A stretch of DNA of 58,057 bases. Source: a virus. Taxonomy: Duplodnaviria > Caudoviricetes. The stretch is taken from the IMG/VR virus record IMGVR_UViG_3300044841_000028, positions 1 to 58,057 of that record; one strand, 5' to 3'. Below are positions 15,980 through 26,399 of the stretch, piece by piece. Position 1 is the first letter of the stretch. Every line of letters starts with the position of its first letter. Below the pieces are notes generated by a model. That model was given only the letters and a program-made list of their open reading frames with translations. It did not search any database and was not told the DNA's origin. Both the position numbers and the translations under genes were made by a program.

Positions 15980-17704
15980 CTATCTGATGCGTTGGACGCT
16001 CTGGCGGCGTTTGCGTTTACCGAGTCCGGCTGAGACGGCGTCGAGTCGGGCTTTCCACGCCATCGTCGAGGCGTAGGCGGCGTCGATCTTGTCCGGAGAG
16101 TCCGGAAACGCCTTGTACAGCAGATATCCGGTCCGGAACTTTCTCCGGCGGGCGTTCAACACATGCCGTGTGAGGGCAGAGGATCCGTCGTGGGTGCATT
16201 CACCGTTGGTGATCGCCGAGTAGAGGTTCTTCACCGCTTCGACGGCGTTGGTGTCCTTACCTCGAGGCCACGCCGCGATCGGCCGGCGCTGAGAAGCCCG
16301 CACCTTCTGGTGGAGTTTGGCGCCGAACGCTGCTTCCCACTTCGCGATGTACTCATTCCACCCCGAAGGGTCCGCGTAGAACCCCACCACGGTGTACTTG
16401 CGGAAAGCCAGGCGAACAGCCGCATCAACCTCAGCCGCTGGCGGTACCCACGCCTCTTTGACGAGTTTCCCGTCGGCGTCACGCTGCTTGGATGTAGTGC
16501 GTGGTTCCTCCCACACACTGCGTTCACCGATCTCGAACAAATGCCCATCCGACACCCGACACCCGATCAACGCCGTCGCGTCTGCGCGGCCCTTCGTGCG
16601 ACCCATCGACCCGTCGAACCCGAGAACGATGACGTCGTTGTCGGACAACGGGACGAAGAGCTCTCTGTTGGCGTCACTTTCGGCGTAGCACGCGCCCCAC
16701 TCTGGGGACGACACCCAAGAATCGGATGCGTGGGTGATCTGATTCAGTAGATCGGACCGCAGCTGCTGTACATCGGAAGCTGGGTCGTGCACCAACTCGA
16801 CGAGCGCGTCCAGGTCGGAATGCCCAGGCTGGCAAGGCGGATCGTGAATGACGCACCCGCCGGGATGCGCCGAAGAGTCACCGTAGGCGACCCGCAACCC
16901 CAATAGCAGGGAGTCCTCGTCCGACATGTCCGTGTCGGCCGGCGCTTCCCGATGGTCATACAACAGGCCGGGATTCCTCGCCCGACCCTCTCGAATGTCC
17001 GCCGCGTAGGCGGCGGATGCCTCAGCCACCGATCCCTCGCCGGGGATGAAAGCGTTCGGCGACTCAAGCGTCCGGCCGCCGTTCTTGTGCGCGTTCGTCC
17101 GAATCGCCTGCGCGAGTTTCGGGCCCCCGTTCGACGGAACCCACTCCTCCGTCTGATCCAACGTCGCGAACGTGACCGGAGCGCCCTTAGTCGTCCTGGC
17201 CGCCGCGGTGATCTGCTCTATCCGACCCCGAGGGAGGAACACCACCGTGTCCAACGGTTCCAAGCCTGGGTAATTGTCCAAGACTGGCCCTTCGCGGACC
17301 ATCTCCAACAACGGCTGCCACGTGTTCTTGGTCTGCTCTTCCGAAACAGCTGCAATGTGGATCAGCGGCGTTCGGATCGTGCGCCACGGCTTCCCGACGG
17401 GTTGGCCGGCGGCATCCCAACCATCCGGGACGACATCCGCCAAGCCTTCGACGATGGCCAAAGCGCCCAGGATCGGAGACTTGCCCCAACCTCTCGGCCT
17501 GCCCAATAGCCCTCGGTGGTAGCGGAATCGCCCCGTCGTCGGGTCAAGTTCATACCAGCGGAGGATGAAGTCCTCTTGCTCCCGATACGGAACGAAAGCC
17601 TCGTACTCGTCCTTACCCGGAGCGGCGAGGTTCTCTTCGATCCAATCGAGGACGTAATACCCCAGCGTCGGAACTTCTCCCGGCTCTGAGGGCTTCCACG
17701 GCAC
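15980..17704 (-). CDS. terL: Terminase large subunit
   Basis: Walker A RPRGWGKS, LGFDGS and KIDA nuclease motifs. Confidence 0.95.
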   Translation of the reverse strand: MPWKPSEPGEVPTLGYYVLDWIEENLAAPGKDEYEAFVPYREQEDFILRWYELDPTTGRFRYHRGLLGRPRGWGKSPILGALAIVEGLADVVPDGWDAAGQPVGKPWRTIRTPLIHIAAVSEEQTKNTWQPLLEMVREGPVLDNYPGLEPLDTVVFLPRGRIEQITAAARTTKGAPVTFATLDQTEEWVPSNGGPKLAQAIRTNAHKNGGRTLESPNAFIPGEGSVAEASAAYAADIREGRARNPGLLYDHREAPADTDMSDEDSLLLGLRVAYGDSSAHPGGCVIHDPPCQPGHSDLDALVELVHDPASDVQQLRSDLLNQITHASDSWVSSPEWGACYAESDANRELFVPLSDNDVIVLGFDGSMGRTKGRADATALIGCRVSDGHLFEIGERSVWEEPRTTSKQRDADGKLVKEAWVPPAAEVDAAVRLAFRKYTVVGFYADPSGWNEYIAKWEAAFGAKLHQKVRASQRRPIAAWPRGKDTNAVEAVKNLYSAITNGECTHDGSSALTRHVLNARRRKFRTGYLLYKAFPDSPDKIDAAYASTMAWKARLDAVSAGLGKRKRRQSVQRIR

Positions 17705-18132
17705 TAGACCGCTTTGAGCGGGCCACGACGAGCACGGGACGAATCGCCCTGCTTCGCGGCGCGCTTCTCGTCCTTCTCATCGGCATCGGCGAACACCATC
17801 CGCAGCCGAGCCCGATCCTCCGGAGTCGCACCAAACTTCGCGACCCGCAACCGAACCTCAGCCGCCAACGTCCACTGGCCCTTCGACCACATCGCCGTGT
17901 GCATCAGAGCGGTATCCGCCAGGAAGGACCAGTCGGATTCCGTGAAGGTGTCGGCCTGAGCCGAACGCTTCCACATCTCCCACCAATCCACCGTCTGCGG
18001 ATGCCACTCCACACCCTCAGGTAGCGAAGGCGCTTCGGCGCGTTGGAATCTCAACACCACAGACGGCACCGGATCCTTGTTCGCCCGCGCCCTACGCCCT
18101 GCCGGCTTCGGTGCGGGACCCATTCCAGCCAT
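17704..18132 (-). CDS. terS: Terminase small subunit
   Basis: GPAPKP N-terminus, ELRLRVAKFGATPEDRARL-type motif. Confidence 0.9.
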   Translation of the reverse strand: MAGMGPAPKPAGRRARANKDPVPSVVLRFQRAEAPSLPEGVEWHPQTVDWWEMWKRSAQADTFTESDWSFLADTALMHTAMWSKGQWTLAAEVRLRVAKFGATPEDRARLRMVFADADEKDEKRAAKQGDSSRARRGPLKAV

Positions 18133-18214
18133 GACGGCTCCTCTCGGGTCAAAATCAGTGCGACCTGCGGTTATCCAAGTGCCACCTGCAGAAACGCAGC
18201 ACTCGCGATTGCCC

Positions 18215-18255
18215 CAGACCCGTAGCCACCGCTAGCCGCAGACGGCATAGGTGGA
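18215..18255 (-). other. Probable cos site / physical left genome end
   Basis: Non-coding gap between HNH and terS; minus strand CCTATGCCGTC followed by TGCGGCTAGCGGTGGCTACGGGTCTGGGG resembles mycobacteriophage left ends. Confidence 0.5.
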
Positions 18256-18345
18256 CAGACTGACCGGGCGGGGTGGTGCCACCCCCTGGCATACCCGCAG
18301 GTCAGAGGCATTCCTCGGCATACCAGCAGGTCAGTGGTGGTGCGG

Positions 18346-18645
18346 TCAGATGTGGCCGGGGTGCCGGTCGGGAGGGCGTCGCCACTCGACGCGCCTGCCG
18401 GCCGCTGCTTCCCGGCTGGTCTTCACCTGGTGGCACGGCCCGCACACGGCCTGGAGGTCGTCGACCTTGACGGGTGCTTGGCCTCGGGATTGGTGGCCTG
18501 TGCTGGCGAGGTTGGTGATGTGGTCGGCTTCGGTGGCGTATCCGATGCACACGTCGTAGTCGAGTTGGCACTCGTAGTTGTCTCGCTCAAGTGCTTGCTT
18601 GCGGGCCTTGCGCCACCCTGTGGTGCTGCCCTGTCCCCATGTCAT
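18346..18645 (-). CDS. Packaging-associated HNH endonuclease (HK97 gp74-like)
   Basis: LERDNYECQ...EADH...CGPCHQVKT; immediately before cos/terS. Confidence 0.85.
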   Translation of the reverse strand: MTWGQGSTTGWRKARKQALERDNYECQLDYDVCIGYATEADHITNLASTGHQSRGQAPVKVDDLQAVCGPCHQVKTSREAAAGRRVEWRRPPDRHPGHI

Positions 18646-18647
18646 GG

Positions 18648-19304
18648 CTAGCCGATGGGCGCGTGCTGCTGTAGGTAGGTGATGGCCTGGAGTAGTCGGT
18701 CTGGGTTGTCTTCTGCGTGGCCCAGCATGAGGTTGCAGTTGGTGCACAGCAGGCCGCGTACGCAGTGGCCGCAGGAGCCCTTGCCGGGGCAGCATGCGTG
18801 GTCGTGGTCTATCTGCCATCCGCGTCCGGGATCGTCGGTGGTGCAGATGGCGCAGCGCCCATGCTGTGTGGCGAGTAGTTCGTCGAAGCGCTCAAGGGTG
18901 ATGGAGTACAGCCGCAGTGTGCGGCGGCGTTCCTTCTCGCGTTCCCTCAGTGGGTCGCGCTTGTCCACCTTGCAATCCGGGCAGACCGGCTTGCCTACTC
19001 GGGCTACCGCGGTTGACCCACAGGCGCATTGCCTGACGTGGACGGGTGCTTGTCTGGTGGCGGCCTGCATGCGGCAACGTTCGGTGCAGTACATGCGCGC
19101 CTTGGTGACCTTGGCGTAGGTGAACGTCTCGGTGCAGTGTTGGCATATCTGGGTGCGTTCACCGGTGTCGAGCGGGTTGGTGGCGCGGTAGTTCTGCCAG
19201 CGTTGTGTTGCGCAGGCTTTGGAATCGTGAAGAAATGCAGTAGGTGCCTGCAAGACAAGCCGTTCGACATCCCGCATGAACCCGACATTTCTGTGCCGGT
19301 TCAT
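18648..19304 (-). CDS. Endonuclease VII-family (EndoVII) nuclease with Zn fingers
   Basis: QHGRCAIC...IDHDH...VRGLLCTNCNLMLG. Confidence 0.88.
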   Translation of the reverse strand: MNRHRNVGFMRDVERLVLQAPTAFLHDSKACATQRWQNYRATNPLDTGERTQICQHCTETFTYAKVTKARMYCTERCRMQAATRQAPVHVRQCACGSTAVARVGKPVCPDCKVDKRDPLREREKERRRTLRLYSITLERFDELLATQHGRCAICTTDDPGRGWQIDHDHACCPGKGSCGHCVRGLLCTNCNLMLGHAEDNPDRLLQAITYLQQHAPIG

Positions 19305-20672
19305 TCGCTCCCGGGTAGTGAGAGTTGGTCAGGGCCAGGAGTAGGGACATCCACGACGAGGCTCCAGCCGTCTGGTCGTGTGTCGACGCGGACGGTGAGT
19401 GGTCCTAGTGGGCAGTTGGGGGCTGAGAGTTCCCGCTGTAGCTGCGCCGCGAGCATGGTCAAGCCCATGCGTTTCTGTTGCGGGGTCAATGGCTTGTTGG
19501 GGTTGAGCTTCGCCCGATCCGCTTCGGTGAGGAAGCTGGGGCGAGGGGGAAGGTCAGGCATGGTGTTCCGCGATGTGGGCACGCAGGTAGTCGATGGTGC
19601 CCTTTTCCCAGCGGATGGTGATGCTGCCATTCTCTTCGTCGCGTTGATACACGGCGTGGGCCATGAGGAACCGCTCGGAGCAGCCTTGCTCGCAGTGGAC
19701 TTCGACGATGGTGATCAGGTCGTCCTCGACGCTCATTCGCACGCACATCCCTCTGTGGGCTCACCGCGGAAGTACCGGCGCAGGGTGGCGCCGCTGGTGG
19801 TGGCTTGTTGGGGGTTGGTGAGTCGGAGGTCGAATAGGTGGCCGCCGCAATGACACTGCACACGGACCGCCTTCGTGGCGTCGGGTTCCGTGGCACGGTT
19901 TCGGAGGTCTGACAGTTCATCGTTGCGGACGATGGTGAAACCCTCTGATTCGATGGTGTGCACCACCGACACCGCGAAACGCTCCCCAGCCTTGGAGACG
20001 ACTTCCTGCATGGCTGGCTGCAACGTGGACGTCTTCCCGAGCACCGACGCGGTGGGTTGGCCGTCTGGGTGGGAGAGGTCGCCTAGTCGCGTTTTGAGGA
20101 TCTCCACCACCGCAACGGCGTTCACATCGGTCATGCGTTCCTCCCGTGGGCTCGGGGTGTAGCTCGGGGTTGTAGCAAAGTGGCAGATACTGGTGTCTGC
20201 GCGTTTTGACCGCATCTAGCTACTTCAGTGGCTGGCGACGTGCTCGCGGATGCGCGCCTTGGACTCGGCGGTGACATGCGACTTGACGTCGATGTATATG
20301 CGGCCATATGGGTCAGTTCGCGACGGATCTAGGTTGCACAGGTCGATATCCGACTCCACGTGCAACGATTCACCGCATTCTGGACAGCCGATGATGGTGC
20401 TCACGCTCATTGGCCTAGCTCCTTGACGTCTTCGATGCAGCACTTGGCGTACTCCAACGCCACGATTAGTTCGGCCGACAAAGCCACGTACTCGTCATCC
20501 GAGTAGCTCACGCGTCTGACCACACTTCATCGGACTGCTGCAACAACCATTCATCGAGGAGGGCGTCGAGCTCTTCGAGCCACATGGCTAAATCGGCTTC
20601 ACAGCCGTCACGCTTTGCAGCGCGTAGGTTTTCGCTGGCGCTCGCGAGCCGACGTCCAAGATCAGTGGGCAT
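19301..20672 (-). other. Run of small hypothetical late-leader genes (19301-19561, 19554-19736, 19733-20134, 20225-20410, 20508-20672)
   Basis: Mostly abutting or overlapping ORFs with phage codon usage; no recognisable function. Confidence 0.6.
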
Positions 20673-20696
20673 CTCAACACCCCGATTCGGGAATGA

Positions 20697-20729
20697 GAAA
20701 ACGCCCCGGCTTGAATGCTCGGGGCGTCT
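20697..20729 (-). terminator. Intrinsic terminator upstream of the late operon
   Basis: gacgccccg-loop-cggggcgtt followed by TTTTC on the minus strand. Confidence 0.7.
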
Positions 20730-21160
20730 AGACGAGGTCGTGGCATAGGTCGACCTACGACATCTCAGAACCCATTGAACCATACGAAGGGGTTTTATCC
20801 AGGTAGCACACAGGTCCGACACGCCGCCGATAGTGCCTACTTTTGTCGAACTAGCCGGATTTGCTTGGGGGGAACCTTTCCCCGAGGTAGCAGTCGAGTC
20901 CTGGTATCCAGGCTCGCGCCTCGTTGGGTGCGTGGTGGTGATCACCGGGAGTCGAGTGAGGGCAGCCGCCGTCAACGAGGTAGCGACAGCACGGATGGAT
21001 GAACCCGCACACGCAGGGGTTGTCGCCACCGTTCGGTGTGATCTTCACGTTTTTCCGCCTCCTGTTGATAATCGTGCGGTCGGTCACACGCTGAGCTGAA
21101 CGCGATGATGGGCGGTGACCAAGCACGCAAGGCCACAGAGTATTCCGGTCCTATGTCAGG

Positions 21161-21394
21161 TCAGTCGTCGGCTACAAGCTCTTTGGTGGTGCGCCTGCCC
21201 GCCGTGGTTAGCAGATGGTCGCCCACCGTCGAGATGATCTCTTCTGCGCGTCGGTAGAACCCCTGGCGCTGCTCGTCAGTCATGGCTAGCCAGGCCGGAT
21301 AATCGTTTCCGGCTATAAGGGCAGCGATTCGGCCCACTAGGTAGTTCCGTGCCACGCCGGGGATCGGCGTCGAGCGAGTGCCGATGTCATCCAT
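21161..21394 (-). CDS. Hypothetical protein
   Basis: AAGGAG RBS before ATG 21394. Confidence 0.55.
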   Translation of the reverse strand: MDDIGTRSTPIPGVARNYLVGRIAALIAGNDYPAWLAMTDEQRQGFYRRAEEIISTVGDHLLTTAGRRTTKELVADD

Positions 21395-21431
21395 TGATTT
21401 CTCCTTGTGATTGCGTGCCGATAATCGGGCG

Positions 21432-21629
21432 TCAGGCCACATGGCTGACGGTCTGAAATGGTCCGTAGCGCGGCTCTGGCTCCCAGTCCGATTCGGTCGG
21501 TTCCCAGTCGCGGTCATCGCTGCCGGGGCGGCGATAGCGCCACTGATCGCCGTCGAACATCCAGTAGTCACCGTCGCGGTCCTGCCAGATGTAAGGGCGA
21601 TGTTCCGGCCCAAGCTCAGTCAATATCAC
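21432..21629 (-). CDS. Hypothetical Trp/Asp-rich protein
   Basis: WQDRDGDYW...YGPF, typical small mycobacteriophage family. Confidence 0.55.
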   Translation of the reverse strand: MILTELGPEHRPYIWQDRDGDYWMFDGDQWRYRRPGSDDRDWEPTESDWEPEPRYGPFQTVSHVA

Positions 21630-21662
21630 CGTGTGCTCCTCTGCCGATAATGCCGCGCACCG

Positions 21663-22652
21663 TCAGGCTCCGCGCTTGACGATGGACATCTGATGCTTCA
21701 CTCGCCGTACGTCGGCGAGCATGAACTGTGGGATGGTCTTGCCGCGATCGGTTGTCGTGTGGCCGCGCGGCTCGAGCAGCTTCTTGGCGTACCACCGCTG
21801 CAGGGTCTGTTGGGGAATGGGTTCCTTCAACCTCGGGAGCACCACTTGGCAGAGCTCTGGGATCGTGTAGCACGTGTAATGCGTCTCGTTGATCAGCCGC
21901 TCGATGAGGTCTTCGACGTTGTGAGTCTGCTTGCAGACGGGGCAACGGACGTCAACGGCATTGGCCCTGGCTTCCAAGCGAGTTGCGCACTTGGACCTAA
22001 CTTCAGCCATCACGAAACCCTTGTTGGTGTGCTCACCCGGGGTTGGGCACGGGCCGCACGTCTTCGGTTCCGGCGGCTTGTTCACCGCACGCTCCATACG
22101 CTCAGCGGCGTTGTGGATGTCCCGGAAGCACTCTTCGGCACACTCAGCCGAGGCAAGGGCTGGAACTCTGTCACGCAGCCATATGGCCATGCCTGAGGCG
22201 GTATGGATGCTGAAGCGCATCTCATTGGCGCGCAGTGGGCCGATGAAACTGGGATCTACCCAGTAGAGCCCGCGACGTTCGCAGACGTCCCGCACCCATG
22301 AGCCGAGCATGTTCTGCACGTCGTCGAACAGGTCGCTCGCGTGGGCGTTCACCCCGCCTTGAGCCAACAAACGAGCTCGGAGCTTGGCGTCCTCAAGGTC
22401 TTGTTCGAGCCTCCTCTGGCCCTCAGTCTTCTCGGTGCCATCCACTGCGGGCTTTGGATCGGCGTACTTCTCCAAGCCTGCTCTATGCCCACGCCGGCCA
22501 GGTTCACCGAGTCGCGCTTGACCGATGGAGGTTTCAGCGAGCCTGTCGAGCCACCACGGCATATCCGTGAGCGTCTTGTGCAGCTGCTCGACGCATGCCT
22601 GGCACAGGAACAGCGTGGACTTGCGGTCGCAGTGCAGGCATTTCACGCTCAT
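21663..22652 (-). CDS. Zn-finger plus C-terminal HTH protein, candidate late-gene regulator
   Basis: CxxC pairs at N-terminus and near C-terminus, MerR-like TLQRWY; last large early gene. Confidence 0.6.
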   Translation of the reverse strand: MSVKCLHCDRKSTLFLCQACVEQLHKTLTDMPWWLDRLAETSIGQARLGEPGRRGHRAGLEKYADPKPAVDGTEKTEGQRRLEQDLEDAKLRARLLAQGGVNAHASDLFDDVQNMLGSWVRDVCERRGLYWVDPSFIGPLRANEMRFSIHTASGMAIWLRDRVPALASAECAEECFRDIHNAAERMERAVNKPPEPKTCGPCPTPGEHTNKGFVMAEVRSKCATRLEARANAVDVRCPVCKQTHNVEDLIERLINETHYTCYTIPELCQVVLPRLKEPIPQQTLQRWYAKKLLEPRGHTTTDRGKTIPQFMLADVRRVKHQMSIVKRGA

Positions 22653-22689
22653 TGACGGGCTCCGTCTTCGTCTACAGGCACGGCAGCGT

Positions 22690-24128
22690 TCACGGGTTAG
22701 CCTCCAACTCAGGTAGACCAATCTCGGCGTCGATAACAGGCTGATACGGCAGGTTCTCGCTCAGGAATACGACTGCGGTGGGTGGGTCGTAGCAGTCGTT
22801 CCACCTGCGTGTAGGGAACGTGGTTTCGGAGCGGTGGAACACGTCCATGCCGTAATGCCCGTCCGCGTACAGCGGGTCACGCTGCATGTCCTCGATGTCC
22901 AGGCCGCGAACCCCGTAAAGGCCGCACGGTTCATCGCTCTGAGACATCACCACAGGGGTTCGCGGGTCGACCTTGGACAGTTGGAGAATGAGTTCCCCCG
23001 CTGTCAGCGTCCTGCTGGACTTATAGCGTTCAGCTGACATCAAAGCCGCCCTTCGGTGTTCTGTAGATGCCCACGTAGTCATTGCTGCGGGGTGCAGGGG
23101 AAGTGGTCCCGGGATCGCTGCCGTCGTCGGCGTGGAAGCACATACAGCCATCGGTGTGCCAGTTGATGCAGCAGTCCTCGTAATTCAGGTGAAGCCCTTG
23201 AGCGCATCCGCAGACACACGTCATGGCAGCCCCAATGCTTGGGACAAGGCCGTGAGGTGGTCAGCGTTGGCCTTGTGCCGCGTCTCATCGTCGAGGGGCT
23301 TGACGAACACCTTCAGCGTGAGTCCACCGTCCTGCGTCCAGAAGTCGATGCTCACACCTGTGCGGTCATAGACGCGTCCACCTTCGTCGACCAGGACGAT
23401 GCGGTTGGGTCGGCTCATGTCACCGCCAGCCGATCAACGTCATGTACGCACGCATCACGTTGTCTGCCTCAGCCTCGACGGTCGCGTTGAGGACTTCCTC
23501 CACGACCGTGGGAATTACGCAGTCCTGGATGTCCGGGTAACGGCGCAAGATGGCATCGCCTGCACGCTTGACGATCTCAGCGCGCACTTCCGCTTCGGTC
23601 AGTCCGCCAAGGTGCTGGCGTCCGTAGCTGCTCATGCTGTCTGGCCCTTCAGGCGTCCAAGGCAAGGCATCCCGCGTTCCCTGCGCCCTGAAGCTGTCTC
23701 CACCGTGCACCTGAAGCCACGCTCTGCCCCACACACTTCGCACGCCTCGTAGATGGCCCCACCGACGTCCCAAGCATCCGTTTGGTCTTCCTCGGGAAGA
23801 CCTCCCCCCAACTCGTCATAGGAGCCGTCGTGGTTCATGGGTTCTCCCGCGTGACGGTGATCTGCGCCCAGCCGGGATACTCCGCCTGCTCCACCGCGTG
23901 GGTGGTCACGAATCCGTGACGCATCGCAACAAGGTCTGCCTGGACGGCGTTCTCCGCATGGATGGTGAACGCACAATTGACAACCCAATCCCCGACCGAC
24001 TCCAGGCGTGCGCTCATCAACCCCATCTCGTAGCCCGCTACGTAGGCGTCGTCGTCGTGAGGCCCGCCCTTGGACTTCACCGGTAGGAACGGCATCACCA
24101 GCCCGTACTCGGTTTCGTCGGTGCTCAT
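22690..24128 (-). other. Cluster of small hypothetical early genes (22690-23040, 23030-23224, 23221-23418, 23420-23635, 23632-23838, 23835-24128)
   Basis: Mostly chained ATGA/GTGA overlaps. Confidence 0.6.
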
Positions 24129-24553
24129 GCGGTGTCCTTGAGGCTGAGGTACCGGTTCCGTCGACGTCGAGTTATCGCAGCGGTGCGGCAGTCATCCGTG
24201 CAGAACTTCGCCCGACCCTCACACGACCCGCCGCACTCCTGACATTCGTTGAACGCCTGCCTCGTCTTCGACTCACCCGGGATACGGAACGGAACATCCT
24301 CACCACGGGAGATGCGGTACCGCTCCCGCTCGGAAAATCCGCCCCACACGCCGTGCCTTTCATCGTTGGCCAGCGCATGCTCAAGGCATTCCGTAGCGAC
24401 GGGGCAGTCCCTGCAGATCAACTTCGCGCTGCGCGTCGATCCGCCGGCCTCGGGATAGAACACGTCCCCGACGTCGACCTGACGACAGACCCCGTCCAAC
24501 TCCCAAGCCAACGAGTCCGGTGGTACCGGTACTGCCTCGAACGGTGTCCTCAC
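24125..24553 (-). CDS. whiB: WhiB-family transcriptional regulator with C-terminal Zn finger
   Basis: C...AKLICRDCPVATECLEHAL...GVWGG. Confidence 0.92.
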   Translation of the reverse strand: MRTPFEAVPVPPDSLAWELDGVCRQVDVGDVFYPEAGGSTRSAKLICRDCPVATECLEHALANDERHGVWGGFSERERYRISRGEDVPFRIPGESKTRQAFNECQECGGSCEGRAKFCTDDCRTAAITRRRRNRYLSLKDTA

Positions 24554-26007
24554 GTCGTCTCCTTCGTGTCTTCAGTGGTGAGTTCCGCGACCAACACGGC
24601 TAGGGCGGCGACGGTTTCCGCGAGTTCACACACCACCGGCAACGAAGCGGATTCCCTATGCGGGTTCACATACCGGTCACGACACGACAGTTCAGCTACC
24701 CGCAACCGATCAACTATCGAGAGTGCTGCGGCGGCAACCTCATCAGGAACGGTCATTCGGCGACGCTCGGCCGAGCGGCCCACAACGCTGCCTCGGTTTC
24801 CACTGCCGCCCACCACACGTCGTAGGCGTGCTGAGTGCCGTTCCGCTTGACCCGGAACGCCGCCTCAGTGGCCTCATGCGATGCCATGTAGGCGTCGAAT
24901 CCCGTCTCGGTCACTTCTCGTCCTCCTCACTGCTCGAGCCGCCGAACAGTTCGCCATACGCCTTACGCACCAGGTTTTCGTCGTCGATGTAGGCACGCAA
25001 GATTTGACGGGCCGCCAGTTCGTGGTCGACCATCGCTCGCCCCCCCAGCCGGTACCCTGCTGCTTTCAGTGCAGCGACCGCCTTACGTGCCAACCACATC
25101 CGGTTGGACCACCTCGGCATCACCGCCGCGATGGCTTCGGTTGGGTTGGTCACGGCTTCTCCTCGCCATCCGAAAATGCTTCCTGGATGAGGCGGATACC
25201 TTCCGCGAACTCACGCGCCTTATCTCCCGCCTCACGCAGCGTCAGATGCAGCTCGTCGACGGCGGCTTGTGCTTCACGGGCCATCCACTCGTCCATCTCC
25301 CGGAGAGGCTCAGGGGTGTTCGGTGGTGTCGTCGGACGGAAATCACTCATTGGGCTGCTCCTCGCTGGTAGAGGGAACCCAACCTGTGCGCGGAGTGCCG
25401 ATCGAACCGAACAGCGTTGGCGTGTAGCCGTAGGAGAAGACGCCGCCCTTCCCCTCCCGGCCACCTACGGAGTGGGGTGGATAGACGCCGATGAGCCACG
25501 GCACGGTCTCCGGGTCCTTACCGGTTGCAGCGCGTGCCGCTTCGATGTGCTCGTTGCGGAGTTGCTTCAGGTGCTCCAAGGCAGTGGTTTGGCCGCCCGG
25601 ACATTGCACGATGTCAGCGCCGCCGAGGTGAATCACGTAATGCCCTTGCTCCGTCATAGCTTCTCCTTCTCCTCGCCTATCGGCTGCCAACCGGATACGA
25701 AACGGCGCACAACGTGCTTCGGAAGAGCGTTGCGGCAGTGATCGCAGGACTGGCAGCGTTCCGCAGCGATCTCCTTGGCGTGCGCCTGGTCGTCGGCGTA
25801 GTCGTCGGGTGTCTCGTCGCCGAACACGTCCTCGGTCACCACTCCCCACTGCTCGCGTAGGTCCAAAGACGCCAGGATGAGGGGTGCCACATGCATTGCG
25901 TGTTCAGCCCACGACCCGAACCGCTCGTTGCACCAGCAGGTGATGTTGGGTTCGGAGCCTGTTGGGGTGTGGGCGTCGATAACCCGGGCAACAGAGATGG
26001 CGTTCAC
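24550..26007 (-). other. Cluster of small hypothetical early genes (24550-24756, 24911-25153, 25150-25350, 25343-25657, 25654-26007)
   Basis: Mostly chained overlapping starts and stops. Confidence 0.55.
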
Positions 26008-26399
26008 AGCGTCTCCTCGATGAACGCCATATCGCGAACGCCGTCAAGGCGATGCGCAATTCGGCGAAGGTGAACGTCGACCAGCTGCCGCAGCCGTTCG
26101 ACTTCCGCTACAAGCTCAGGGACAAGAGACCGAGCAGCAGCTATGAACTCGGCGTTGACTGCGCTCGTTGGACCGTCGCCCGTGAGTGCGGGAACGATGT
26201 ACGTGTACTTGGGGTCCGGGCTTTTCGCAGTGAGCACGTGGATTGGCTCGCCACTGTCGATGAGCGTGACGAGCGTGCCAACGAGGTAATCGGCGTGCGT
26301 CTCGTCGGACTCCGGGTTGGGAGCCGTGTAGTGCTCCCAGGGTCCTTCTGTCACGCCTTCCAATGCTGCTTTTGCTCTTGCGACCACATCGGGGCTCAT
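26004..26399 (-). CDS. Ead/Ea22-like protein
   Basis: TEGPW...NAEFIAAARSLVPELVAEVERL. Confidence 0.7.
   Translation of the reverse strand: MSPDVVARAKAALEGVTEGPWEHYTAPNPESDETHADYLVGTLVTLIDSGEPIHVLTAKSPDPKYTYIVPALTGDGPTSAVNAEFIAAARSLVPELVAEVERLRQLVDVHLRRIAHRLDGVRDMAFIEETL

Noticed and set aside
15980-17704. Intein or bypass element in terminase
   Set aside because: ORF is continuous and of normal length (574 aa) with no intein motifs.
20145-20200. tRNA-like start GGGGTGTAGCTC
   Set aside because: No T-arm (GTTCGA) or acceptor pairing; just a short direct repeat.
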